A DNA stretch of 64,000 nt from Octopus sinensis (lineage: Eukaryota). The position numbers and the translations under genes were made by a program. The notes under the pieces are model-generated. The model had not been told where the DNA came from. It saw only the letters and a list, made by a program, of their open reading frames with translations, and did not search any database. Below are positions 21,271 to 33,510 of the stretch, in pieces. Where the stretch lies: positions 27,714,001 through 27,778,000 of the forward strand of contig NC_043000.1 in the NCBI RefSeq assembly GCF_006345805.1, written 5' to 3'. Numbering within the stretch: the stretch's first letter is position 1; the number at the start of each line of letters is the position of its first letter.

Positions 21271-24200
21271 CCGAAAATTGAACCAAATTCTGATCGAAAA
21301 ATCAGCTACTGGATCAAATCTTCCCAACACACAGGAGCTGGACGTACCCCACAACCGGAATATTCCAACAGATGGCCATCCATGCTCGTCACCAAATAAT
21401 CAAAAGAAAAAGAAGGAAAAATGGTCTAGGGAAGATAATAAGTAGTTCTTGAGGCCTTCTACCATGCCATATATTTCCCCACAGATAAATCTAACACTGT
21501 ACAAAAATACTTAAACTGGAGACAGAAACACCCTGAAGTAAGACCCTACATAGACAGTAACAAACTTGTCAACGTCAGAAGAAACATTATATAAAAACAA
21601 TTACTGACTGAAGTAGAGATTGATCAAGTTAGACAAGCAATATCGGATAAAATGAACGAAGCTGCAGCTAGAGAAGATAATACAGAGGAAATAATTATAG
21701 ACCAGCCCAGGGCTGATAAAAACGAAGTAAGGATTGAAAGAGTTAGTCTAAGTGATAGGCGAAGTGAAATAGTCCCTGAACCAATCATAAACACTAAGAC
21801 AGATGAACATCAAATAGATAAAGAAAGTCTCACAAATATTGATCCAACAGAACTACATGAGCTAAAAAATCAAATCATGATTGAATGGCTGAAAATTAAA
21901 GAAACCAGCATGGATGAACGTGATGCACTCTCTAAAATCCGCAATTCTGACCAAAACATGAAAATAATTGGTAAAATCCGGCTTGTACTTAAGGATATAA
22001 TTTCAGCTAATGATGTTAATATCACAAATCTCAACCACCTATACTATGCATCCGCGAAAATTTCAACGATCCTATGTGGTGTAAAGATTAGAAAACGGCA
22101 ACATTCCCACAAAAAGCCTTCTTGGCAAGAGCGTCTGCAAAAACAAATTAAACTATTTAGATCTGACATTGAATATTTGAAAAACCTTAAGGTTCACAAG
22201 ACTACCAGACCTACAAAAACCCCAAAATTGCTGAAAAAATACAATATGAAAACTATACTTGATATCGATGCCACCATAGAAACCATCAAACAAAAGGTAT
22301 CTGCCAAAGCTGCCCGCATAGCGCGGTATGAAAAGCGTGTTAGATTTTTCAAGGACAACAACATGTTCAAAAATAACCCCAAGAATTTTTACAGGAAGAT
22401 AGGAAAAACAGCGTTTAATGCAAGGTCTGTACCAACAAAAGAAGAAGTTCAGGGATTTTGGAATAAATTTTGGGCAGAAGAAAAAACACACAACGAAAAA
22501 GCCCCCTGAATTGACAGAATATCTACAGAACTGGACCCCTTAGAAGAGCAAAAGTGGGAGGGTGTCAAGGTAGAAGATATAAGATCTGCTCTCAGGAGGT
22601 CAAGCAAATGGAAGTCTCCAGGAAAGGATAAAATTCCTAACTTCTGGCTGAATGCCTTCCCAGAGAGCCATGAACTGCTAACAGAACTGTACAATGATGT
22701 TTTGCAACACCCTAGTAGGATGCCTCCTTGGCTAGTTAATGGGTTAACATTCCTGCTTCCAAAAAGTGAAGAAACAAATGAACCCAAAAACTATAGACCC
22801 ATAACCTGCTTAACAACTATGTACAAAACGCTAACATCTGTCCTGACGGAATATACTTACAGTTTTTTAACAGGCAGCAGCATATTCCCTAATGAACAGA
22901 AAGGATGTAAACGTGGATCCTACGGCTGTAAAGATCAACTACTCATCAATAAGATGATCTTAGAAGATTGTCACAAACGCCACACAAAACTTATCAATAG
23001 CCTAGATAGACTATAAAAAGGCTTTTGATAGCCTACCGCATAGCTGGATTAGGAAATGCCAAGAAATGTATAAGATAGCACCTACTCTACGAAACTTTTT
23101 GACTGTAAGTATGAGATCATGGAGAATCACACTAACTCTGAACAGTGACAATGAATCCCTAAATGCTGGTGATGTAAAAGTTTCGTGTGGCATTTTCCAT
23201 GGTGACTCACTGTCACCACTCCTCTTTTGTTTAGCCTTAATACTTCTCTCAAAACTGCTCGATGACGCGCAGTACGGGTATAAAGTGTTTGATAAAAATA
23301 TAAATCATCTCATTTACATGGATGATTTAAGGCTTTTTGCAAAAAATGACAACAACTCAAGGGCTTACTAGCGATAGTCAAACAATTCAGTGACGACATC
23401 AGAATGCAATTCGGCCTCGATAAGTGTGCAAAAGCTACCTTTATCAAAGGAAAAAGGACAGAAACATCTAACGTTAACCTTGACCAGCAGAATGTCATAA
23501 AAGAACTAGACCCAGCAGAGAGCTACAAGTACCTAGGGGTAATTGAAGGGAACGGAATAAGGCATTCAGAGATGAAGGAAAGGATCAGGAGAGAAAGCTA
23601 TCGAAGAATTAGAGCAATACTCAAGACAGAGCTGAATGCAAGAAACAGGATCGAAGCGATCAATGCATTAGCCATACCAGTTGTGACTTACAGTTTCAAT
23701 ATCGTTAACTGGTCAATTACTGAAATATGTCAGCTCGACAGAAAAATAAGAAAACTGTTGACAATGCATAGAATGCACCACCCTAAGGCAGATACAGAAC
23801 GACTTTATCTGCCAAGAAAAGAGGGAGGCCGTGGACTTTTGCAACTGGCAATAACAATGAAGATTGCTACAATTGGCCTAGACACCTACCTGAAAAAGTC
23901 TGAGGACTAGATGTTAAAACTTGTCTCAAAACATGAAAACGAGAAAGCATCATACTCAGTAACAAGACAGACAAAGGAATATCTAAGTGAATTCCGAATA
24001 CAACAAATTTCGGAATTAGAGATAGACATACAAGAAACAAGCACAGAAAAAGCTAGGCGTATGAAAACCCGTGCCAAAACTGCGGCCTTAGATATTCTGA
24101 ATAATAAATGGCAAGAAAAACCTCTCTATGGCAAATACCCAAAGAGAGCGAATAATGCAGATATTGACAAAGCCCTGACCCATCAATGGCTAATGGCCTC

Positions 24201-25063
24201 TGGCTTAAAATCTGAAACAGAAGGGTTTATCATAGCAGCTCAAGATCAATGCATACCTACAAGAAACTACCAGGCCAACATATTAAAGAACGGCAATAAC
24301 CCAACATGTCGTGTATGCCGACAACAAAATGAAACCATTGATCATGTTGTCTCCAAATGCAGTCTTCTAGCGCCTACAAAGTACCTCAACAGGCATGATA
24401 GAGCTACACAATATATTCACTGGGTAATTTGCAAAAACCTGGATTTGCCCCATGAAAAAAACTGGTGGGAACACAATCCACCTCCAGTGCTTGAAAATGA
24501 CCACATCTCACTCCTCTGGAACTTCACCATTCAAACTGACAGGAAGATAGATGCAAATAGGCCAGACATCATATTGAAAGACTTCAGACAAAGAACATGC
24601 CTCCTCATTGATATGACTGTCCCAATCGATATAAACGTATCTGTCAAGACCTACCAAAAACTGAGCAAATATAAAGATCTTGAAATAGAAATCAGCAAAA
24701 TGTGGAAGCTGAAGACTAAAACAATACCTGTTGTCATAGGTGCCCTGGGAATGATAGCGAAAGGGGCTGATTGCTACCTCACTCAGATACCAGGAAACCC
24801 CCAAATGGCAGACATTCAAAAAATAGTGCTCATGGGAACTGCTCATATCTTACGCAAAATACTCTCTATGTAATCCCAAGGTTTAAAACAAACTTTTTCT
24901 TTTAAATTTACGTATTAGACATTCACTAGTACAACACCAAAAAAAAAACCCAAATATATAGCACGCTAGGCATAACAACAACGTGAACTTCCAACCTGTT
25001 GTCTCTTGAGGCTCTGGGTGAGACTTGGAGCCAACTTTTACAGACATAAAGCAAAAGTGAAAC

Positions 25064-25065
<2 letters not shown>
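21270..25065 (+). mobile_element. Dong/R4-like RLE-type LINE, near full length, in (TAA)n
   Basis: RT motifs YRPITCL, DYKKAFDSLPH, GIFHGDSLSPLLFCLAL and YMDDL, then RLYLPRKEGGRGL, the zinc knuckle CRVC..ETIDHVVSKC, RHD and the RPDIILKD..LIDMTVP endonuclease. TAA arrays flank it at 21191-21268 and 25066-25155. Confidence 0.92.
21652..24873 (+). pseudogene. RLE-LINE ORF (RT, CCHC knuckle, PD-(D/E)xK endonuclease) with stops and frameshifts
   Basis: ORFs 21652-22509, 22702-23016, 23066-23371, 23404-23910 and 23911-24873. Confidence 0.9.
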
Positions 25066-25143
<78 letters not shown>

Positions 25144-25156
25144 TTAATAATAATAC

Positions 25157-26040
25157 CCTGATGCAGTAACAGGCAGTGGCTCGCATAGCTTCTCATCTTG
25201 TAGATCAAGCAACAATCTATCAGTGGCTGAGAAGGTCAGGATTGAAAGCAGAGACTGAAAGTTTTATGTGGGCGTCACAAGACCAAAGCTTACTCACAAA
25301 AAAGTACCAGGCTAACGTTCTTCAAAATGATTCTGGCCCTCTGGTCTTAAGTGCAGATTCTGCGACACATTTGACCGGATATCCTGTACTGACACCAAAC
25401 GAATATAAAAATCGCCACGGTAGGGTAGGATAGTATTCACACTGGAAAATATGCAAACACTACAAAAACACCTCTCCTACTTACTGGTACAGACATCATC
25501 CTGAGCCAGTCGTTGAAGGTAAAAATGTCGCTATCCTCTAGGATTTTCCAGTCAACACTGACAGAACGATCCAAGTTAATCGAGCAGATATAACAATTTA
25601 AGAGAAAAAAGAAAATACTCATATACTAATAGATGTAAGTATTTCCACTGATAAAGATACATCTGTCAAGGAATTTGAAAAATAAGTAAATATAAGGACG
25701 TGGAAGTTGAAATACAAAAGATGCAGCATCTTAAAAGGAGAACTGTTCCTGTTATTGTAGGTGCACTATGTATGATTAAAAAGCGATGTCAGAAACATCT
25801 AGATAAGATTCCAGTAGAACTATATCTCAGAGAAATCCAAAAGATTGTGCTGACATATACTGCTCAAATCCTTAGAAAAACCCTATCCATTTAAATGTGT
25901 CTGTTGCATTATATGGAGATGCTTCACTACCTCCCCTCCCCAAGCTTTCAGTCATTGTAACATCTCTCATCCTTCACTCACCCTAGGACGCTGGGTGTGT
26001 CTCGGCAAGTAACTGTAACAAAGATGCAGATTAAAATTAA
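25157..26040 (+). mobile_element. 5'-truncated Dong/R4-like LINE from a different subfamily
   Basis: GLKAETESFMWASQDQSLLTKKYQANVL and VPVIVGALCMIKK..LREIQKIVLTYTAQILRKTLSI*. The 3' UTR is followed by (AAC)n/(AAT)n. Confidence 0.85.
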
Positions 26041-26244
26041 AAACAACAACAACAATAATAACAATAATACTCTGTCTTTCTTTCCCTTTTTCTCTATCAC
26101 ATGATCTTGTAAATGAACAATCTGCTGAACTTATTTTAATGGCCTCTCAATGTATACAGTGACTTTCTCTCCCCTATTTCTCAGGAAGACACTCGGCAGG
26201 AAATGGAAACAGAATTGAAAGAAGATGGTTAATGATGAAAATAA

Positions 26245-26693
26245 AGGCGGCTAGCTGTCACAATTGTTACCGCATTGGACAGAATGAATAGCGATATTGC
26301 TTCCGATTTTACGTAGTGAGTTCAAATGCCACCGTAGTCTATTTTGCCATTCATCATTTCGCGCTCAGCGGAATAAGGACCAGCTGAGCACTGGGGTCGG
26401 TGGAGTGGACTTCCTTTCTCCCAGAAATTGCTGGCCTTCCACCAAAATTTCAAGCCAATAATAAAAATAATATCAATAATAATGGTTACAAATTTTAGCA
26501 CAAGGCCAGGAATTTCGAGAGAGGTGTTAAACTGATTACCTCAACCCTAGTGCTCGATTGGTATATGTTTTATCGACCCAGGAAGGTCGAACGGCAAAGT
26601 CGACCTCGGAAGAATTTGGAATCAGAAAGTAAAGACGGATGAAATGCTGTCATGCTTTTTGTCCGGCATGTTAACGATCCTGCCGGGTCGCCA
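26245..26693. mobile_element. Two degenerate SINE A copies tail-to-tail (+ 26245-26460; - 26480-26693)
   Basis: GAGTTCAAATGCCACCG on the plus strand and AAAGTCGACCTCGGAAGAATTTGGAATCAG for the minus copy. Confidence 0.7.
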
Positions 26694-26699
26694 AAAAAG

Positions 26700-26742
26700 T
26701 AATAATAATAACAATAATAATAATAACAATAATAATAATAAC

Positions 26743-26786
<44 letters not shown>

Positions 26787-26905
26787 TAATAATAGCAGTA
26801 ATAATAATAATAATAATAATAACAACAACAACAACAACATTAATAATAATAATAATAATAACAATAATAATAATAATAATGGTAATAATAATAATAATAA
26901 TGATG

Positions 26906-26936
<31 letters not shown>

Positions 26937-26937
26937 T

Positions 26938-26986
<49 letters not shown>

Positions 26987-26987
26987 G
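26700..26987. repeat. Long (AAT)n microsatellite
   Basis: Read directly; it explains the poly-N, poly-I and poly-L ORFs. Confidence 0.98.
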
Positions 26988-27300
26988 TGATTGTAGGATC
27001 TCTAGGAATGATACAAAAATGTACTGAAACCTATTTGAAAATGATTCCAGGCATACCATCCCTACAGGAAGTGCAAAAAGTCGTATTAACTGGAACGGCT
27101 CATGTATTGAGAAGAGCACTATCGCTGTGAAAATAACATCCATCCATGAATTTATTTATTTATTAATTTTTAAATACATATTTTATCTGTGAATTTGAGC
27201 GTATAATCTGGGAATGCATACAATGCCCTTCCCTGCCCTAGGTGTGTGGAAAACACTCGGCGAGAAACGGAAGAAAATTTGAAGAAAGAAGGAAAAAACA
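26988..27300 (+). mobile_element. Very short 3' fragment of a Dong/R4-like LINE in (TAA)n
   Basis: IVGSLGMIQKCTETYLKMIPGIPSLQEVQKVVLTGTAHVLRRALSL* is homologous to the C-termini ending at 24873 and 25894; a TAA run follows at 27301. Confidence 0.85.
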
Positions 27301-27516
27301 TAATAATAATAATAATGATAATAAAAGCTACAGAAATGCGAAGCTAACAGGCCCAAATTATGGGTAGTAAGAGCTCTACACTCTTGGTTGACTATCTTTC
27401 TAGAGATGGCGTGTCGATAAAAATATTGGTTGGTGGCTAAGCTTAAAATACAAACCTCAAAGTAGAGAGAAATTGTCTAAAACAAATGTATCAAATACTG
27501 AGGTTGGAATCAAAGG

Positions 27517-27650
27517 ACTTAGCGGCTCGACAAAAGAGCTTGATGCAATAAGTACTAGGCTTGCAAATAATAAGTTATGGGGTCGATTTTCTCGACTAAA
27601 GGTGGTGCCTCAGCATAGCCGCAGTCAGATCACTGAAACAAATAAAAGAA
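27517..27650 (+). mobile_element. SINE family C, 3' tail fragment
   Basis: ACTTAGCGGCTCGACAAAAGAG..AATAAGTACTAGGCTT..CAGCATAGCCGCAGTC..ACTGAAACAAATAAAAG. Confidence 0.8.
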
Positions 27651-27740
27651 TAAAAATATGTATATATACATACGTATATATGTACGTATGTACGAACGTG
27701 CGTACGTACTTAAGACTGTATGTATGTATACTCTTTTATT

Positions 27741-28142
27741 CTTTTTACTTGTTTCAGTCATTTGACTGCGGCCATGCTGGAGCAGCGCCTTTAGTCGAGC
27801 AAATCGACCCCAAGACTTATTCTTTGGAGGCCTAATACTAATTCTATCGGTCCCTTTCGCCGAACCGCTAAGTTACGGGGACGTAAACACACCACCATCG
27901 GGGACGCAAACACACCATATATATATATATATATTTATATATAAACACACCATATATATATATATATATATATATATGCACGACGGGCCTCTTTCGATTT
28001 CTGTTTAGCAAATCCACTCACAAGGGTTTGGTCGGCCCGAGGCTATAGTAGAAGACACTTGCCCAAGGTGCCATGCAGTGGGACTGAACCTAGAACCATG
28101 TGATTGGTAAGCAAACTACTTACCACACAACCACTCCTGCGC
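27741..28142 (-). mobile_element. SINE family C, complete, with an internal (TA)n
   Basis: Minus strand: GCAGGAGTGGTTGTGTGG head, GGTTCAGTCCC B box, CORE-like GGCACCTTGGGCAAGTGTCTTC, microsatellite, then the tail CCAGCATGGCCGCAGTCAAATGACTGAAAC. Confidence 0.9.
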
Positions 28143-28589
28143 TTATGTATGTATGTATGTATGTATGTGTATATAGAGAGACAGACAGACAGAGAATCAA
28201 GTAGACAGATATATAGACCCAAACGCATATATGCCTGTGCGTGTGTTTGCGTTAGTATATTAGTATACTCACTAGAATCAGGAAAGTTAAAATAATATTC
28301 TGTGTAATATTTATAATGTATATTCAAATGTAGACAGGCGCCAACTGTAATGATTTCTCTAAGAAAATATTCTCATAAAGCGATTAGCGTATTAAAACAA
28401 CATTGTTTGTGCAGAAGGTCGTTGGAAAATCGTCAGGGGCAGTTTTTCGACTCACTTAAACTCTTCAGTGACGAATCCGACAAAGCATTCGGACATCAAT
28501 GTTAATTTGGATATAAAGATGTTCCGTCGCCAATAATTTTTAATAAAACTACAAGCTATTTGCGACATCAGCATTAAAAAAGATGCTAA

Positions 28590-28981
28590 TCTCTTCTCTC
28601 TCTATATAAACGGCAGTTTGTCTGTCTGCGTGTCTGTGTGTCTGTTAGGTTGTACCCTCACCCTGACCACGGCTTTCAACCGATTCTGATGAAACTTGAC
28701 ACACACACAAAGCCCAATGTCATAATTCAAAACTAACGCAGCGAAAAGTTTGAAAAGTTCCCCCAGTTCTGAAAAAGATCGATAAATTCGACATGGGGTC
28801 GAGAATCAGAAACACAAACCACAGACTGTCTAGGGGACGCAACTCGACCTTTTTAACTCTAAAAAAAAATTTAGCATAATTTTTTTTCCATTTTTTTGCT
28901 ATTTTTTTGGCTATAACTCTCTAAAAATGCTTTATAGTTATTTCCCTTGCAAACCCGAGCAACGCCGGGCGATACTGCTAG
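28590..28981 (+). mobile_element. Non-autonomous Helitron
   Basis: 5' A|TC..TATATAAACGGC; 3' hairpin CCCGAGCAACGCCGGG followed by CTAG|T; no target-site duplication. Confidence 0.85.
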
Positions 28982-29373
28982 TATTCTCTATATCGTAGCT
29001 GCGAAATCTGACTGGTATGAAGTGTGTCGTGGTCCAATAGACCGAAACCATGTTACATGGGATTTCAAACGTCCGTCACCGACGACTTTGGTCTACTACG
29101 ATCTATGTGTGCTTTCATGCATGACGCGCCTATATGAGTGGTTCTCTCAAGACTGATGGCGCAGTATTCGGTGTGCTGACGAGATTAAAGAATAACATTT
29201 TAAACAGCCTCAAAACTATTTGTTCCGTTATAGAATCTGGTAAGGAAGTCAGTGGTATTTTAGATACAAGCACTTGGACAAATATTTCGAAACATGTACG
29301 ATCGTGTGTGTGGTTTTCTTGTCGGAAGCTAATGCGTGATCGAAAAAGTTTATCTACGTATGCGTATATGCAT

Positions 29374-29770
29374 GCGGAGGCGCAATGGCCCAGTGGTTAG
29401 GGCAGCGGACTCGCGGTCGTAGGATCGCGGTTTCGATTCCCAGACCGGGCGTTGTGAGTGTTTATTGAGCGAAAACACCTAAAAGCTCCACGAGGCTCCG
29501 GCAGGGTGGTGGTGGTGATCCCTGCTGTACTCTTTCACCACAACTTTCTCTCACTCTTACGTCCTGTTTCTGTTGTACCTGTATTTCAAAAAAGGGCCAG
29601 CCTTGTCACTCTCTCTGTGTCACGCTGAATATCCCCGAGAACTACGTTAAGGGTGCACATGTCTGTGGAGTGCTCAGCCACCTACACGTTAATTTCACGA
29701 GCAGGCTGTTCCGTTGGTCGGATCAACCGGAACCCTCATCGTCGTAACCGACGGAGTGCTTCCATCCATA
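29374..29770 (+). mobile_element. tRNA-derived SINE family B, complete
   Basis: A box TGGCCCAGTGG, B box GTTTCGATTCCC and tail CTCATCGTCGTAACCGACGGAGTGCTTCC. A second copy lies at 49540-49770 (-). Confidence 0.88.
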
Positions 29771-29899
29771 TGCATGCATACAAACAAAGCTTTCGCTTTT
29801 CTCAACATTCACTGAGGTATTTACTAACAAAATCTAAGCGCAATAATAATTATTGTCATAAACGTAAAGTTTATATCTAGATATAGAAGCTAGAGGTTT

Positions 29900-30790
29900 C
29901 CAATCGAGTGTTCATTGTTATCCTTTTTCTCTTTGATTTTCGGAGATATTCATATCAACAGGACAACTGATCTCCATGGTGATACATACTTTTACTTGTC
30001 TAAGAAACAACAATATCTGGCTTGTGGTTCTTACGCCTGACAGTAGTTTTGATATGAACTTTCCGCCAATATTTTTTTGTGTTGATAATTGTGTACATAT
30101 CCAAAACAGGATGATTCTGTATATTTATTCCAGGACAGTCTCTTTCAAAATCACACTGTATATTGCTTTTGTGACAACGTCGTGTCGCATCTATTGGTAA
30201 AGTTTGATGAAATGTTTCGCAGTTACTAATCACAGGCGTGATGTCCTCCTCAGGAATATCACAGTTTACTTTATTGATTGCATCTTGGATCTCCAAGGGC
30301 TTGCTGATACTTTTGTTTGCTCGGTATTTCGTAACCATTTCCTGTCCTTCGAATGCTAACGCATAGCCTTTGAAGCGTGATATGATGTAGTGATCAGGAG
30401 TACAAGAAAGACAGCTCTTTCTGTCGATGTTACTGTTTTCTTCTCCCCTTCAAGAAGCATACACATGCATAATCTTTTTTGATGTACTTGAGCATTTCAC
30501 AACCAAGTTTTCTTTGAGGTATGTTCGTGTGACTATGTGGGGGTTGTATGGCAGGTCATTAGGGAGCGGGTGCTTCCTGGGGAGTTTACTACCGACACGC
30601 CGCCTGCTATTTGCTTCCCTTTTCAGCACTATATTTATGTGTTTATTTCTCCTGCACTTGGACACAGGTGTTGCCTGAGACAGAGTAATGACATTCGAAT
30701 AATCTCTTACGTGAGGAGAGTTACGACTACCATATTTTTCTAAATCTGGAATGATATTCTAGGGTGACTCTATTTTTATTCACACCACCT
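29900..30790 (-). mobile_element. Highly degenerate RLE-type LINE 3' remnant
   Basis: Minus-strand translation gives FKGYALAFEGQEMVTKY, EEDITPVISNC and YWRKVHIKT..NHKPDIVV, resembling RLE-LINE C-termini. Confidence 0.55.
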
Positions 30791-31014
30791 TAGTATATAT
30801 TTTCAGCAATGTCTAAGTGTATGTAGCATTCTTTGTGTGGAAGAGGGATAGGGAAACCGTTGATGCGCAGGTTTTGGGGCGTGAGACTAATGTTTCATGT
30901 TCAACAATAATAGCATTTATTTTGACCAAATCCCATTGCCAGCTGGAAATACTGTTATTAACCCGAGTTGTGGTTTTCGTATTGATAACATTTTTAAGTA
31001 TAAATCATCAGGAC

Positions 31015-31620
31015 ATCTGCAAAAAAGTTGCTGGTTATATTATAGAGGTTTTCGATCTAATTTGGATTCTTTGCCGTCAAATTTGAATTCTTTGCAATCA
31101 AATTTGAATTCTTTGCAATCAAATTAAAATTTTTCAATTGGTGCTCAACCCTTAAAAATAAGAGAGTTAAGCTACGTCAGCTGTAAGGGAATACATGCCT
31201 ATCTTATCTAACTTGTCCAGTCGAGCCCACTAATTGATATCTGAAAAGTTCGATGAAATAACTCATGAACACTGCGATAGCTTTTGCCAAAAGATGCTCC
31301 ATTACGGTCTGAACAAGGGGAGATAATAATAAAAGAATCAGTCGTTTATTATCTCCCCTTGTTTAGATCGGTTGAAGTAATGGGGCATCTTTTGGTAGAA
31401 GCTATCGCAGTGTTCATGAGTTATTTCATCGAACTCTACTGGACGAGTTAGATAAGATAGACATGTATTCCCTTACGGCTGATATAGTTCAACTCACTTT
31501 TTTTTTCAAGGCTTGAGCACCAATTGAAAAATTCAAATTTGATAGCAAAGAATTCAAATTTGATGGCAAAGAATCCAAATTAGATCGAAAACATCTATAA
31601 TATCTCCAGCATTTGCAAAT
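31015..31620. mobile_element. Foldback element or long inverted repeat (~300-bp arms, 16-nt spacer)
   Basis: Arms 31015-31329 and 31346-31620 are reverse complements and carry internal 21-bp tandem units. Confidence 0.9.
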
Positions 31621-32879
31621 TCGATCATATAACCATTTGTTTTTTATAGTAGGAATGATAATGGATTTAATGACAAAATGAACAGAATTACAGAAAATAT
31701 ATCGTCTGGTAAATATTCCTCTGAAATACCAATAACATTGGAGAGGATCGTTTCGATCTCAGTTGGAAGTGTGGATAGATTGTTGCTCGGGTTTTATGAG
31801 CCTCTACATAACAGCAACAAAGGAATGAGATATGTGTCCCGAATATAAACATTTCAGCAACCTTGAGTTGGGAAATCAAGCCACACTGTCGCAAGGATTC
31901 TACAGTGTTATCTGACTTCAGACATTAATGCTCTGTTTCTCAGAAGTTATTCAGCACACACCCCATACACCCTTCTTTCCACCTGCCTGTGCATAAAATC
32001 AAGTAAATGTTCTACTGCAGTCAGAGTCAAGGTGAATACAACATACATCCAGGTTCATCTGTCTAACACATTGTTCGAAAATCTGTCTAATGCTTTGTTG
32101 GAATTGAAATGATCCTGGAGGAAATGGTTGATGTACAATGTGTACAGATTATACATTTTATTTTGGCATGCAGTTTTCTGCCAACTTGGTGGTTTCATTC
32201 TTGGCAACTATATTCATCTATGCTATAACAATCCATGTCGATAAGCCAATCTGACTTTCTATAATCCTTTTAAATTTACATAGTATAAGATTTCTGTAAA
32301 ATAGACTTTTCTACAAATATACAACTATTACGTTTCTTCCCGGCGTTCTCTCATTATATAGTTTACCTGTAGCTATGCTAAAATATTCCAGATCAACTGT
32401 GTATATTTTACTGTCGATAGAGATACAGTATTGGCCCCTAACTGCATTTAGCCACGATGCATTAAGCTGAAATCCTGCTTTTCATTCCAGGTTTTACACC
32501 AGAATGATGCAAAAACTTGAGAGGGTGTTTTCTTATCAGTAATGTTTCCCCCTTCGTCTCGCTGTATAATGCTTGTGGCTTGGAAGCAAAGTCATAATTT
32601 ATACTGGCTCATTCAAAGTTTCTTCTATGGTAGCAGAGACTATTTCTCAACGTCCCGAGTTCGCGTTCTAGTGAGAAGAGTTAATTTTGTTAAATTTTTG
32701 TTTGCATAAGAGGAAATTGGAGAAGTGTGAACTTGTTATTCCCCTCACATCTTATTATCGTGTTTATCAATCGAAACCATTCAAAATCTTGCAGGCCGTT
32801 TGATATTTCCTTAAAGCTTTGTATTCCATCTGCTTTGTTTACGTTTAGTAATTTCATTACTACTGGTCTATTCTTCTAC

Positions 32880-33510
32880 TCTTCCACTTGTTTCAATCAT
32901 TTGGCTGTGGCCATGCTGGAGCACCGCCTTTAGTCGAACAAATCGACACCAAGACTTATTCTTTGTGAGCCTAGTACTTATTCTATCGGTCCCTTTGCCG
33001 AACCGTTAAGTTACGGGTATGTAAACACACCAACATCGGTTGTCAAGCGATGGTGGGGGACTAACACACACGTATACATACACACATTTACACACACGCA
33101 CACACACACACACACACATATACACACATATATATAGGATGGCCTTCTTTCTGTTTCTTATTTCTTTATTGCTCACAAGGGGCTACACATAGAGGAGACA
33201 ACCAAGGACAGACAAACGGATTAAGTCGATTAGATCAACCCAGTGCGTAGCTGGTACTTAATTTATCGATCCCGAAATGATGAGAGGCAAAGTCGACCTC
33301 TGCGAAATTTGAACTCAGACGTAACGGCAGACGAAATACCGCTACATTTCGCCCGGCGTGCTAACGTTTCTGCCAGCACGCGGTCTTATTTCAGTTTCTG
33401 TCTACCAAATCCACTCACAAGGTTTAGGCTATAATCGAAGATACTTGCCCAAGGTGCCACTCAATGGGACTGAACCCGGAACCATGTGGTTAAGAAGCAA
33501 GCTTCTTAGC
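32880..33510 (-). mobile_element. SINE family C interrupted by a nested SINE A (33159-33380, -)
   Basis: The family C 3' half is at 32880-33158 and its 5' half at 33381-33510. A 19-bp degenerate duplication (15/19) lies at 33140-33158 and 33381-33399. Confidence 0.85.

Noticed and set aside
28330-29350. Moderately GC-balanced unique sequence around the Helitron as candidate host exons
   Set aside because: Translations on both strands contain stops and no recognisable domain.
29374-29450. tRNA-like sequences at SINE heads (also 16520-16590, 62123-62195)
   Set aside because: A and B boxes are present but the cloverleaf is incomplete and each continues into a SINE body; they are not tRNA genes.
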